A stretch of 62,861 nucleotides of DNA, counting the filler, from Craspedostauros australis (lineage: Eukaryota): assembly GCA_030167865.1 (NCBI GenBank). It is 13 parts of 13 records of this genome, joined end to end, with 100 filler letters (N's around TTAATTAATTAA, not from the genome) between each part and the next. Parts side by side here need not be neighbours in the genome. Positions count along the whole stretch, not along the records: positions 39,605 to 54,187 come from JALAGF010004279.1; positions 54,288 to 58,213 come from JALAGF010004281.1; 11 more parts are not named here. One strand, given 5' to 3'. Below are positions 46,728-58,313 of this stretch, in pieces. How positions within the stretch are numbered: the stretch's first letter is position 1; each line of letters opens with the position of its first letter. Below the pieces are notes generated by a model. That model did not search any database and had not been told where the DNA came from. It saw only the letters and a program-made list of their open reading frames with translations. The position numbers and the translations under genes were made by a program.

Positions 46728-49700
46728 GGTGACAACCATGCATATGCCCATCACTTTGCGCAAGCTCATGCTCCGGCCGTTCCGATGTCGCCTGCAACGC
46801 CAATCAATCCATTCGGTGTTCACCCCCATGTTGCTACTCATTCGCTGGGAATGGGGTTCGGTATGGGCACAACTTCGCAGGTGAACTTTTCGTTCAGCCA
46901 GGGACCCCCATTTCACCCATTCCAACCTCATTTCCATTCACATCCGCACCATCAGCAACCACCCCATCAGCCATTTCCTTCTTTTTCTCCCTTTGTTCCA
47001 TCACACCAGGGGCAGGTTGCTGTTCCTCATCCCTCCAACAGCAGCAACGCCGGTCAAGATACGAACCTCCATTATCACCACTACCAGCAACAACAACAGC
47101 AACGGCAACAACAACAACGCCCACTCGGACAAGGACCTGGCGAAAGCAACGCTCAGCGCATCCCAAGCGGCCCTCGTAATCGCCAGCAATCTGGTACTCA
47201 CCGTCACAACAGACGAAAACGGCACCAACGAGACCGGGCCGCTGCCTACTCACATACTAACCATCGGAACGCGATAACATTCAAGCCGCATGATTCCAGC
47301 AGCATCCATCGTCGGCCCACAAATGAGGGAAGTGCCACTGGCACAGCGAACAGGTCGGGAGCGGATCAGCAGAATCAACTTCGATCAAGAGATGGCAACG
47401 ATGCTGACCCTGATGTTGACGGTGTGAGCATGGACATGGAATCCAAGGATGGGAGAGAGGGGCGAAGGCGTCGCCGGAAAGTGCATCCCCAGCACTCAAC
47501 CGTTGCAGCGAACCATGACCCTGCTTCCGGGTCTACTTCTGCTCCTGCTGCTCGAGATGATGACGTTATGTGCACATCTTCCAATGAAAACACAAATGCG
47601 CATGCGGGCATGGCCAATAGCAGTAACAAGGACGGTGCCAGCGCCCACGACAGTGGAAACCGACGAAGGCGACGCAAACCATTCCGATACAACCTATCGT
47701 CTGGCCAATCCTCGGAGAATGATGGGAACGGAAGGTGGGGATACGCATCCACCAGGAAGAAGAAAGCGCGTGCACCTCCCAATGACGACAGCTTGATCGG
47801 AAAGACGCCACTGGCCGCGCTACATGAATGGTGTGGGAAACGACAAACCGCTCCAACGTTCAGACTGGAGGAGCTGGCATCAAGTGGTAGTCAAGATGGC
47901 GCGAAGGCAGGGGAAGAATCAACCCTGAATGCAAACGCAAGCGCAAGTGGGAGCGCAGGTGTGGCATCACTCGCATCAGGAGTCAAAGGGTTGGTATCGG
48001 CAGGGGGGTCGCATGTCGACTTCCAATTCACCGTCTTCGTCCACGAACGAGAGTGTGGCAAGGGAAGAGGCCGGAACAAGGCAGCGGCTCGTCAGGATGC
48101 TGCGGCACGGGCGCTGACGACGCTCAAGCCTGGAATCGCCTTTGACTGCGAAACTGGTGTCGTCATTGCATTGCCATCAATTGACGGTGTTGCCACTGCC
48201 ATTCAAACAACTACGACAACATCAACGGCATCATCAGCGACCATACCAACAAGCAAAGATGGGAAATTAGCACGCAAGCGATCTCCGCTCAGCCGATCCA
48301 CGGAACCAATGGAGGAGCTGGCACCGAGCCTTGCCAAACGATTGGCCATCGGGCGACCCCAATTGGAAGAAGCTGACAAAGGAAATGCCGCGGCAAAGGC
48401 TCTCCGCGGTAGATTGAAGCACATTGGCACATCGGCGGATGAGGATCATTGCAAGAAACGACAGAAATCATTTGGCGTCAGCGATGTGTGCACGACCAAC
48501 CCCTTGCCCCATCGCGCGCAAGATGGAGACGATGCTCAGATCAAGTCCATCATTGAATCGTCCAACCAACTGTCTGTCGCAGACGACGCAAAACAAAGCA
48601 TCGGAGACAAGGTGTCTGGCACCTCAATTCAACGTTGCGGCGTTGACACGGACCGTCATGTTGATTGTGGTAGCGATGAGCACAACATAAATGACAACGA
48701 TGACGAGGAGGAAGACGAAGACGCCTATCTTGCTTCAAGAGGAGCGTCGGCCTGCAGCACGCTGCTCCACGCCATGTTTCAGATCGACGAAAGAATCAGG
48801 ACTCCACCTTCATTCTCATACAGCACATCCAGAACAACGTCCGGCACTGCATCAGTAACATCGACTGTGTCGCTACCTCCATCGTCATCGTCATCGCCAT
48901 CGATGCAATCATCTGCCACAAAGCCAGTCGTCGTGTTGCACAAAGTAAGCTTCACTTGCGTTGCAAATCTAGTCTTGCATCATCCACCAAGGCGATGCGA
49001 TCATCATGCCACGCAGATCGATGCTGGAGCTGGGGCAGATTCCGAACGCAGTGTTGATACTTGTGACAGTGCAAAAGCCATCGCCTGCTCACAAAACGAC
49101 GAAAAGCCGGACTCCGTGACGGATCAAGCCAAATGCGATTGTGACTGCAGCCACAGCGAAGATCGAGTGGAAACTCTCGAGGCTGTGGGAACGTCTGGGA
49201 GCAAACGAGATGCAAGGTACATTGCGTCTGCGAAACTGTTGGCGAAGCTGTTTCCTGATTGCAATGGGATGGTACAAGTGAAACGGGCAGCAGAAGCAGC
49301 GCGCGGTGAGTATTGATCGTCTGTCTGGGTTTGGACGTTGCCAAGACGAGATCGAGCATTAATCATGTGTATGGTACTGTGCTGTTCCATGGTGTAGGTG
49401 CCCATACGAGGTGATCCATCTCTGTCCTCTTCTCACTCTGCTGCTTATCACGATTTACCGTCTCCTACTTCATTCCTCACAGAACAATTCGCAGTCAGGA
49501 AGACGCAAAAACGAAAGGTGAGGCGCAGAATGATAGCGCACCAAAAGATGATGTCTGCTTCCTCGCATTCGCCTCACTGTGATGCTTCTCGAACCGACGC
49601 GGACAATGATGCGCAACATCTTCATTTGGGGTACGCGCTTCATGACCCTCTCCAAGATCCACCATTGTTGCAGAGTGATGTGGCATGCGCACGGAACAGC

Positions 49701-50960
49701 GATGTTCCCTGTCGACCAAACGGCACGGCTCAGCACAAGCGAACTGGCACTGCCAACGTCGACACGTCGGAAGCCAGGGTGCTGAGTCGTCAGAAGCAAC
49801 TCGTGCGTCAAGTGGGCACAGCCCTTGCGCTGTTGAACGAGTACGACGAAGAAGGCAGGTCACGACCGATCGAGATCACTGAAAATGATGTCGGGCGCAC
49901 GATACTGCGGCAAGCCACGGTCGATGACATCGGGTGGATTCAAGTGCAGCTCGCAGGTAGAAAGGATGCAAGCAACAGCGCAAAGACGACCACCAGTGCC
50001 AACGCAGATGCAGATGCAGCTTCAGGAACAGCAGCGAAAAAGACGACTCTGCATGCGGAGAAAGGCACCGACACATTGGCATCCACATCCACACCCATGC
50101 TGAATCTGCTACTGGACACTACCCACAGCCGCGATGGACCCAGCGACAAAGATGCAACGATTGTGTCCAAGCCTTGGTCGTCATCCACGTTCGTGTTACT
50201 TCTGTGTCTGGCGATCGCTCCGCACGATGATCCGCCCTTGGGATGTGCCATGCTGATGACTGGATTCTCCATGACACATGGCAAAGTGCTTCGTGTTGTT
50301 GATCTGCTGAGCGAGCCTCATCTACCGAGGGAGCGGTTTGTGGAGTGCCTTTCAAGCTTTGCGGAATACATGTCCTGCAAGCTCGAGCTGGGTGGGCATG
50401 GCGCGAAGAATGTCGATGATCGTCTCAACAGCTCGATCAGCAGAATGAGCGTGTCTCAGTCGGCATCGAAGACACTCGTGGCAAACGATGATGAAGACGA
50501 AGAGTGGAAGCATGATGGCGAACAACCAGTTTCGTTACATCTTCGATTGGATGAGTTGCAGGCCATCTGCGATTCGTATCCAGGCACCAGGCAGACAGTG
50601 AGAGAGCTCCATGGCGACAGTGGCGAAACGGATGCGAGCACACCACACACTCAATGTCAGTCAACGGGCGTCGGAAGCAGTGGCAACGCCGCCGAAGACA
50701 GAGCTGATGACCATGGGAAGGATGGAACGGGTACAAAGGACGAGATGGCAGCGGCTGGCTACGCTCGCTTGGAAAGATCCAGCCGCGAAGGACGAAGTGA
50801 CGATGACGACGACTGCGATCTTGTGGTTGGCGTTGGCGTTGATGCCGGCAGCAACGCTGGCAGCCGCGAAGCAACGGTGAAGCATGCCGAGGAGCAGCAG
50901 CATGGACAGCGGCGCAGCACTGTCAGCGACAAGCCGACGAAACGATCAAGAATGGAGTGA
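45342..50960 (+). CDS. ~1813-aa protein with two dsRNA-binding motifs and Q/H/P-rich low-complexity regions; exons 45342-49305 and 49483-50960
   Basis: dsRBD1 GKTPLAALHEW...FTVFV...GKGRGRNKAAARQDAAARAL. dsRBD2 STLLHAM...FTCVANL...GTSGSKRDARYIASAKLL. Intron GTGAGT 49306..CAG 49482 gives AAREQF. Confidence 0.85.
46680..46724 (+). repeat. (CAG)15 polyglutamine tract
   Basis: Perfect trinucleotide run in frame with the dsRBD gene. Confidence 0.95.
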
Positions 50961-51034
50961 GGGTGGGCACTTGTATCGCCCCATCAACAGTTGAGTATTC
51001 TATAACAGTCTACTTGTATCATGTGTTGGTTACT

Positions 51035-52324
51035 CTATGGTTCGGTTGCCTCACGAATTGATGTGCAGGCTTCGACCTGATCGCACATTCCAACATACCT
51101 GGCCATCCGTCTCATTGGTCTCGTCAATGTCCTGGATGTGCAGGCAAGGAGTTTGGCCCGTTGCGACGGGGTGAGAGTGGAGGGTAGTCTGCACTGCGCC
51201 TTCAACACGCTGCGCACCACCCTCCTTCTATCTTGGACGAGCACGGGAAAGATGTGCCGCTCCAATCCTCTGGCAGCTGCGGATGCCGAAGAAGTCAGCG
51301 GAGATGGGGTCTTGGGTTGGTGAGTGGCACGCGGCGATGCATACAGATCAGGCGATGGCGGAGGTGACCATGATGGCGACCACGATGGGGATGACGAAGG
51401 TGGTGGTGGGACCATTGATGAGGTGATGGATGGCGCGCCTGGTGATGTGACCGGTGGCGTCTGTCGATCAGCAAGAGCGCTGAAATGTTGCAGCGCTTGT
51501 TGATACTGCGTAACGTACTGAGCGCATGCAGTGGTGTTTGGTACCGGGTCTTGGGCTGATGGCATTGGTTGAGCTTCATCAACTCCGGTGGGCTCACAGG
51601 CCATAACATCGCTGGCATTGTGTTCATCGATGGTGTGGATGCGTCTGCTGTTGATGCTGTCATCGTTCGTCATGCTGGTGAAGGCGTCGGTGACCGCATC
51701 CTGTTGGTTGACCTCCAGCCGGTACATGCGAGCGACCTGTTTGGCACGGCGTTTGATCTGCACCGCCTGCTTCGGGGACCACCACATGCGCGCCCGTTCG
51801 TATTCCATCATGATGACTCGGTCATAGTTGACCCAGCTGGAAGACTTGGCAGTGCTGACATCGGTGTTGGTATTGTTGCATTTGGGATGCATTGGTGTGT
51901 CTGATGATGGGATTGGTGCTGGCGGCAAGTCAAAGCGGACGCGCTTGCTTGGCTTGCATGGTGTTGGCGCTAGTTGAGCATCGGGTGCGGCATGTAACGT
52001 CATGTGGCCACTGCACATTCCCTTGATGCTGTTGATGTCGCTGTCTGTGAAGTTGATGCCAGCCTTGCTGGTCAACGCGGCCGCTCCGACATCTTTGTGG
52101 AGTGTCAGCTTGTCAAAGGAGGAAGGCGCACCACGAGTACTGTTGCCCATGACTGCGACGCCTCCGTTGCCTTGGTGCATGGTCTGTGAGTATTGCTGCT
52201 GGTGTTGTTGCTGGTGCTGTTGCTGGTACTGCTGATGTTGTTGATGTTGGTGTGCATGCGAGTGCATGAGATGTAGCTGAGGTGGGTAGGAGGCAGCGGT
52301 CATCACGTTCATGTTTCTGTTCAT
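51035..52324 (-). CDS. Hypothetical protein of the diatom KRVRF...WW...RGLE type
   Basis: Long ORF with polyQ, KRVRF, MWWSP and a C-terminal RGLERH...VRSVLKAQ...MARYVGMCD helical block. Family recognised from memory only. Confidence 0.7.
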   Translation of the reverse strand: MNRNMNVMTAASYPPQLHLMHSHAHQHQQHQQYQQQHQQQHQQQYSQTMHQGNGGVAVMGNSTRGAPSSFDKLTLHKDVGAAALTSKAGINFTDSDINSIKGMCSGHMTLHAAPDAQLAPTPCKPSKRVRFDLPPAPIPSSDTPMHPKCNNTNTDVSTAKSSSWVNYDRVIMMEYERARMWWSPKQAVQIKRRAKQVARMYRLEVNQQDAVTDAFTSMTNDDSINSRRIHTIDEHNASDVMACEPTGVDEAQPMPSAQDPVPNTTACAQYVTQYQQALQHFSALADRQTPPVTSPGAPSITSSMVPPPPSSSPSWSPSWSPPPSPDLYASPRATHQPKTPSPLTSSASAAARGLERHIFPVLVQDRRRVVRSVLKAQCRLPSTLTPSQRAKLLACTSRTLTRPMRRMARYVGMCDQVEACTSIREATEP

Positions 52325-54287
52325 GAGTTCAGGTTCTTCCTTCACTGGTCGCCACTGGTCACGGCTGCTGGTAGCTCGTACGAGAAAGCTGGTTGCTTGT
52401 TTGTCTTTGCGTGCCTTGGAGATGAAGGTGGTGAAGATGGTTGTGGTTGGCGATTTGGATTATGAGTGGAGGTGAATGATCTGTTGAGGCAGCCCAGCCA
52501 TCAAGATGCTTGCCTGTATGGTCTGTGGTCTATGTTGTGTTGTGTTGCGTTGTCTCTTGTGCCGTGAAGTGAAGTGGGAATAATCAGCCAGAAGAGTGCA
52601 TGGAGTCAGAAAATGGCAGAAGCCTGAAGGTTGTGATCACGCAGATCGTACCGGTTGTTTGCGTTGTTGACCTGCTACGAGTACCACACTCTGCATACCA
52701 GGTGATGGACGCTTGTACTGCTTTGTCGTCAACCAGAATGGGAGAAAGATGGGCTGGCGGAAAACGAATGCGAAGTGGAGACACCCGACAAAACACGAGT
52801 AGGCGGTGGTGCTGGTGGTGGCGAAGAGACACGGAGAATGCAGAGAGGGAGAGGGAGAGGACAAGGCATCCACTCGTCTCCATCAGCTCTCAGGTTATGT
52901 TCTGCTGTATCAGTTGGAGATGGTGTTGGTGTTGGCGTTGACGCGCGGTCGCTCTCTCCGCGCTGCGCTTCATCGCTTCCTCTCTCTTTCAGTCTTTCTT
53001 CTTTCTTCCCAACGCCGGTTTGGATTGTCCCCATCAAGAACACATCCTTCGTCACGCGTTTACCGCCATGATGGATCAATGTGATGCGTCGGCCTCCCAA
53101 AAGCCATCCACAGCGCGTACGAGTGCACACACCAACAATGAAGACGCACTTGGACAGCTTCACACAAGACAAACAACGCAAACAACACAAACAACGAAGA
53201 CAACCGCCACGAATGATGTGAGGAAGAAACATCTGTTTCCCATTCCGCCCAAGTGATCGCTTGTTGGGAATGATGATACTGGTATGGACACACTGAACAA
53301 GACAAGAATAAAGTCAGAGACACAAAGCAGACATGTAATCGTTATCAATCACAATGTATATATGGTGATTCACGCACAATAAGGGACTGACAATCATCAC
53401 ATAGGAAGCCAAATGCCGCTCTCGATCACGAGTCACTTGTGGACGGCCAGTAGACCTCCTTCTCTGTGACATCGGTATCCTTCTTCGTGACTTATCTCGA
53501 CAATCATCACACGATTGGTTCGAGTTGATGGTGCTCATGATGGCGTGAGTGATACAAATCGTTGGTCCTTTGTTGCGACAATCGGGAGCATATCGAGTCA
53601 CGAGTCATTGGTTGTTGTTGAAGCGAACGCTGGGCGATGTCACTAATTCTACGACCTGTACCAGACTCGTTCCATTCCAACAACAACACCACACAAATTG
53701 CACATCACGACGTGGATCATCACAACATCGAGCATCACGACAGGGTACGCAACAAATACCAAACCCCCACAAGGAACAACATCACGTGAGAGCAAACACC
53801 CAACACCCATCGCAGATTGCAGATCGCAGAATGGGACATTGAACTCTGGGAGCAGAGACTGGAAGATGAACAGAAACCGAAACTGAGACGAAGAGAGGTT
53901 CACAAGGATGGCGGAATGAGATTCGGTCCTGGTTTCTGATGGAGCATGTTTCAATTGGGGATTGACGATCGAATCTGCTTGTGCCCTCTCTTGCGCCCCT
54001 TTGGGCCTGTGCGGCAAAGCATTGCGCGCTCTCAGGCTTGTGTGTTGTGATACACCTGTACCTGTTGGTTCAGCTTGCTCTTGCCGGATTGGAATTGAGT
54101 TGGGTTGAGTTGAGTTCATCATGTGTGTGCGTGTGGAGTAGTACGTTGGTTGGGCTGCGATGTTTCAGATCGAGCAACTTTTGCATTNNNNNNNNNNNNN
54201 NNNNNNNNNNNNNNNNNNNNNNNNNNNNNNNTTAATTAATTAANNNNNNNNNNNNNNNNNNNNNNNNNNNNNNNNNNNNNNNNNNNN

Positions 54288-54621
54288 CACAGGCTCCACC
54301 AAGGAGGTAAACATGACTTGACTATTTGTTGTGAAGGATTGTTGCATCAGATCACAGGCAAAAAAGTCATCATTACTGATCGTGCGCACAGGACGAGTTG
54401 TATGGAAAAAGAATATGATGTGAACACCAAATGAGCTCGATGGGCCAGAACTTGAAAACTTCAAGAGCAGAGCACAGTTGCATCATGAGACCTTCAATGA
54501 GAGACTGGAGTTCTTCAGCGTTCTGGAGATCACTTTTTGCATGGCACAGAAAAGCAGAAGCATGTGTTTGAAGCCAGTTGTGTCATTGTGCAATACCATC
54601 AGGATGATGGAGCAGAACTCT
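54288..54621 (+). mobile_element. Degenerate Harbinger-like (DDE_Tnp_4) transposase, C-terminal part
   Basis: Across two frameshifts: GGKHDLTI...KKVIITDRA / TPNELDGPELENFKSRAQLHHETFNERL / HGTEKQKHVFEASCVIVQY. Confidence 0.7.
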
Positions 54622-54875
54622 TNNNNNNNNNNNNNNNNNNNNNNNNNNNNNNNNNNNNNNNNNNNNNNNNNNNNNNNNNNNNNNNNNNNNNNNNNNNNNN
54701 NNNNNNNNNNNNNNNNNNNNNNNNNNNNNNNNNNNNNNNNNNNNNNNATCTGTTCTTGTGGTTTGGGTTGGCTTGCGTCACTCCGTGCGAAGTAGTTTTG
54801 TCTGTTTCTTCACGATCCAAATGTCCGTTATATTCGATTAACCGTCCGTTAAATAGTTCGATAAATTCTTGAGTA

Positions 54876-55070
54876 TTGTCCGGTCTGTCCGGTTGATTCG
54901 TTTGTTTTGTCCGGTCTGTCCGGTCATTTTGTCCGGTCTGTCCGGTTGATTCGTTTGTTTTGTCCGGTCTGTCCGGTTTGTCCGGTCATTTTGTCCGGTC
55001 TGTCCGGTCTGTCCGGTCATTTTGTCCGGTTTGTCCGGTCTGACCTAGTTTCTCCGCTTTTGTCCGGTCT
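54876..55070. repeat. Minisatellite built from TGTCCGGT(C/T) 9-mers with a ~50-bp higher-order period
   Basis: More than a dozen TGTCCGGT cores read directly. Lies just 3' of the transposase remnant. Confidence 0.9.
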
Positions 55071-56092
55071 CTGTCGTGCCTGGACCAACGACAATTGAAG
55101 AGCAATAGCGTAACCCTATCTACGATTTTCAGGATTTCAGGCGATTCACTTTTCTGTCTCAACGCAGTGTATTAAGTCCCGGTAAATTAGGTCACGATCT
55201 AGAAAAGTGGAAATCGGACAAAATGTTGGGTGTTCCTGGTGGTGGCTGCAGCCATTCCACTCCGCGAGCGTCTCGCTTCGTTTGGCCAGTAAGACCTTCA
55301 CTTGTTGTTCACGCACAACAGTTTTGGAAGTTCACCGGTTATCTATCGCCGACTGGAGGGGACGCAAATGCGTTGGGTCTGGACATGTGCATGGAGGGGA
55401 CTGCATAGTGATCGGTCGTGTACTATGACTAGTTGTGCCAATTTGTTCCAACCACTTCGCACCTTCACCTTCACCTTCCTGTGGCTGTTTGCAAATAGTC
55501 CCAGCTGCATCACAGGGAGAAGTCCAAGTAAACTCTGGAGAACATTATGAGTCATGCCATTGGCCACCTGCTTCTGTTGGGAGCGGCTCGTGCCACGAGG
55601 ATAGCCAAACAAGACCACGAACTCACAGAAAACGAACGCAGGGAGAGAGAGAGAGAGAGAGCGATCGGATGAAAAGAGGAAGCGAGCAGAAACAACAAAA
55701 CAATCACAACCACCACCTGCGGTGGACCTCAACGATAGAGACAAACAAACTCTCGGGACTTACACACATTGATGACACAAAAATCCAACGCGATTCATTC
55801 CGCTGGCACCAGGGAGAGGACAACAGACCTGCGGGAGGACCCACAACCACACCAGTCGGCAACTGCTCCTGTCTGGAAGAGGCAGCGCGGAGGGAAAGAG
55901 ACAGTGTCGCCATCATCTCACCATCCCGCCGATTACCAACGATTGGTTCAGATACACCAACATCAACAACTCTGCCGCCAGCAGATATTTGCTGTTGCAT
56001 TTTATTATCCTATTCTATGCAAACCGAATTGGGTGTGTAGTTCCATACGCTGAACAGCGTTCATCTTTGCCATCACTGATTCAAACATCACG

Positions 56093-58213
56093 ATGACGCG
56101 ATCCGTCTCGTCACCGCCGTCTCTATCATCATCCGAAAAAAGCGCAACCGCGTGTCCACCATGCCGCTCCGCACAGAGGCTCCGTCTCTCAATAGCCTTC
56201 GCTGCGATTATCTTGGCATCATCAAGCATCGCACCGGCCAACGCAGGCTGCACCATCTGCCCAAACCCTGACGATGCCATCACGAAACCAGATTTCCCAA
56301 TCGACCTGAAGACGCCATTCTCTCTCGCAACATGCGGCGACCTGCAGGCCGTGGTCGGCTACATTGACGAAAGCACTGACGATTGCCGTGGCGTCCGCAC
56401 GCTGGGTGGACTCTGCGGCTGTCCCAAGATCCAAGGTGCCTGCTCTCTGTGTCCGTCGCCATCATCATTGGTGAATGCCGATCATGTGTTACAGACGATC
56501 CCCAGCTTCCTGCAAGATGCACCCAGCGAACTGAAGCGAACGTGTGGATTGGTGGACTCGTCGCTGCAGCAATTCGAACAAACTTCTGACGAGTGCAAGT
56601 CAATCGCCCAGAGTGTTCCAGACTGTGCATGCAGCGGCGGTGGCGGCGGCGGTGGAATCGATCCGGGCGCCACGGCCGCACCAACACCGACCGCCATGCC
56701 AACGGGCGGCGGCAACAACACCGTCGTCGATGGTGATGATAGCGCTGACACGGACACAAGCAGTGATACGATCAGCACCGAGAAGTGCTTGCTGTGCTCT
56801 GGCATCGGCAAGGTGAGATTCCCGGACAAGGTCATTGAATTGGAAGGCATCGAAATACCAGCAGAGACTTGTGGCGAGCTGGAGACGTTGACCGCACTCT
56901 TGGACGTCGAAGCTGAGGAATGTGGGCTCAGCCAGCTGCTATCCGGTTACTGCGGGTGTCCCATGAGACAAAACTCGTGCTCGTTGTGCCCAGGTGGGCA
57001 GAGCGTGCCATATCCAGACAAGATCCTGGAATGGATCACAAATGACGTCGTTGAAGCTTACAGCAGCGCGGGTTCGAGACAAGACTCATCCTTGGCCTAC
57101 TCCAATGAACAAGTATCCTGTGCGCTGTTTGACTCATTCTTGCAGTTCGGAGTTGACCAGGATTCCACCGTCTGCTTCGCCAATCAGCTGCGTCGGGATG
57201 CATGCGGATGCGAGCCCAACCCAAGACTGACGGCATTAGCCGCATCTCAAATCTTCTCTGGGGTGCTATCATTCTTTGTAAGTATCGCCCTCGCGCAGTC
57301 GCATTGTTTGAACCGAGAGACAGGGAGAGTCTCACTCGCGTGCTAACAAATGCGCAGTTGTTGCTGTGGTAGAAGGAGTGTGTATTTGTAGCGCTCATCA
57401 GTTCGTGCTGACATCGGCTCTGTCATAATTCACCCTATCAATACTCTCACGATATCTCTACTTCTATCGTCTCAATATGCAACTGCGATGTTCACACGGG
57501 ACCGTGACCATGACCGCGACCGCCATCACACTTTTCACCATCAACTCCAAACAGGGATCGTCGTTTATCATCTTCGACATTCTGCGGGATCCCAAGAAGA
57601 GAGTGAAGACTTATGGCCAGCTCATGCTTGGCATCAGTATCTTTGATTGGATCGGTTCCATCAATTACATATTCAGCAACTTCTTCATGCCGGAAGAACA
57701 AGATCTCTTCAATTCCAGTGGCACGGAGGCGACCTGCAAAGTGAATGGCGCAATGCTGCAGTTATCATTCGCATCGCTTTGGTACAATTTCGCGTTGGCT
57801 GTCCACTTTTGGCTCATCGTCACGAAATCATGGAGCGAGGATCAGCTTCGATTGTACCGAAGATGCTGCCATGCTGTCATTATACCTTTGGGCTTGGGGC
57901 TGGCACTTGCTGGCATCCCGTTCTACCAACCCTTACTGAATCTCTGCTACACGGTCGGTCCGCCGCAAGAAAAGACCTGGTTGCCGGCCACGTTCTTGTA
58001 CTTCGTGCCATCCACTATTTGCATCCTCGGTGCGACTGTGGCCACCTCAGCCACGTTTCTGTCGGTGTACAAACTCGACAGGGCTTCGCAGCGATGGAGG
58101 CTCCAAAGCCAATCCAACTCGATGACGAATCAGGTGTTCTGGCAATCCCTTTGGTACCTGATGGCATTTTATGTCCCCTTCCCGCTTCTGTTCAGCTCCT
58201 TCTTCGTGGACAT
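56093..58213 (+). CDS. GPCR-like multi-TM receptor (cAMP-receptor-like) with Cys-rich repeat ectodomain; exons 56093-57277 and 57555->58213, 3'-truncated
   Basis: Signal-like segment, then four CxxCP...TC...C...CGC repeats. Splice LSFF|GSSFIIFDIL. Further TM segments LMLGISIFDWI, CKVNGAMLQL..ASLWYNFALAV, QSLWYLMAFY. Confidence 0.82.
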
Positions 58214-58313
58214 NNNNNNNNNNNNNNNNNNNNNNNNNNNNNNNNNNNNNNNNNNNNTTAATTAATTAANNNNNNNNNNNNNNNNNNNNNNNNNNNNNNN
58301 NNNNNNNNNNNNN

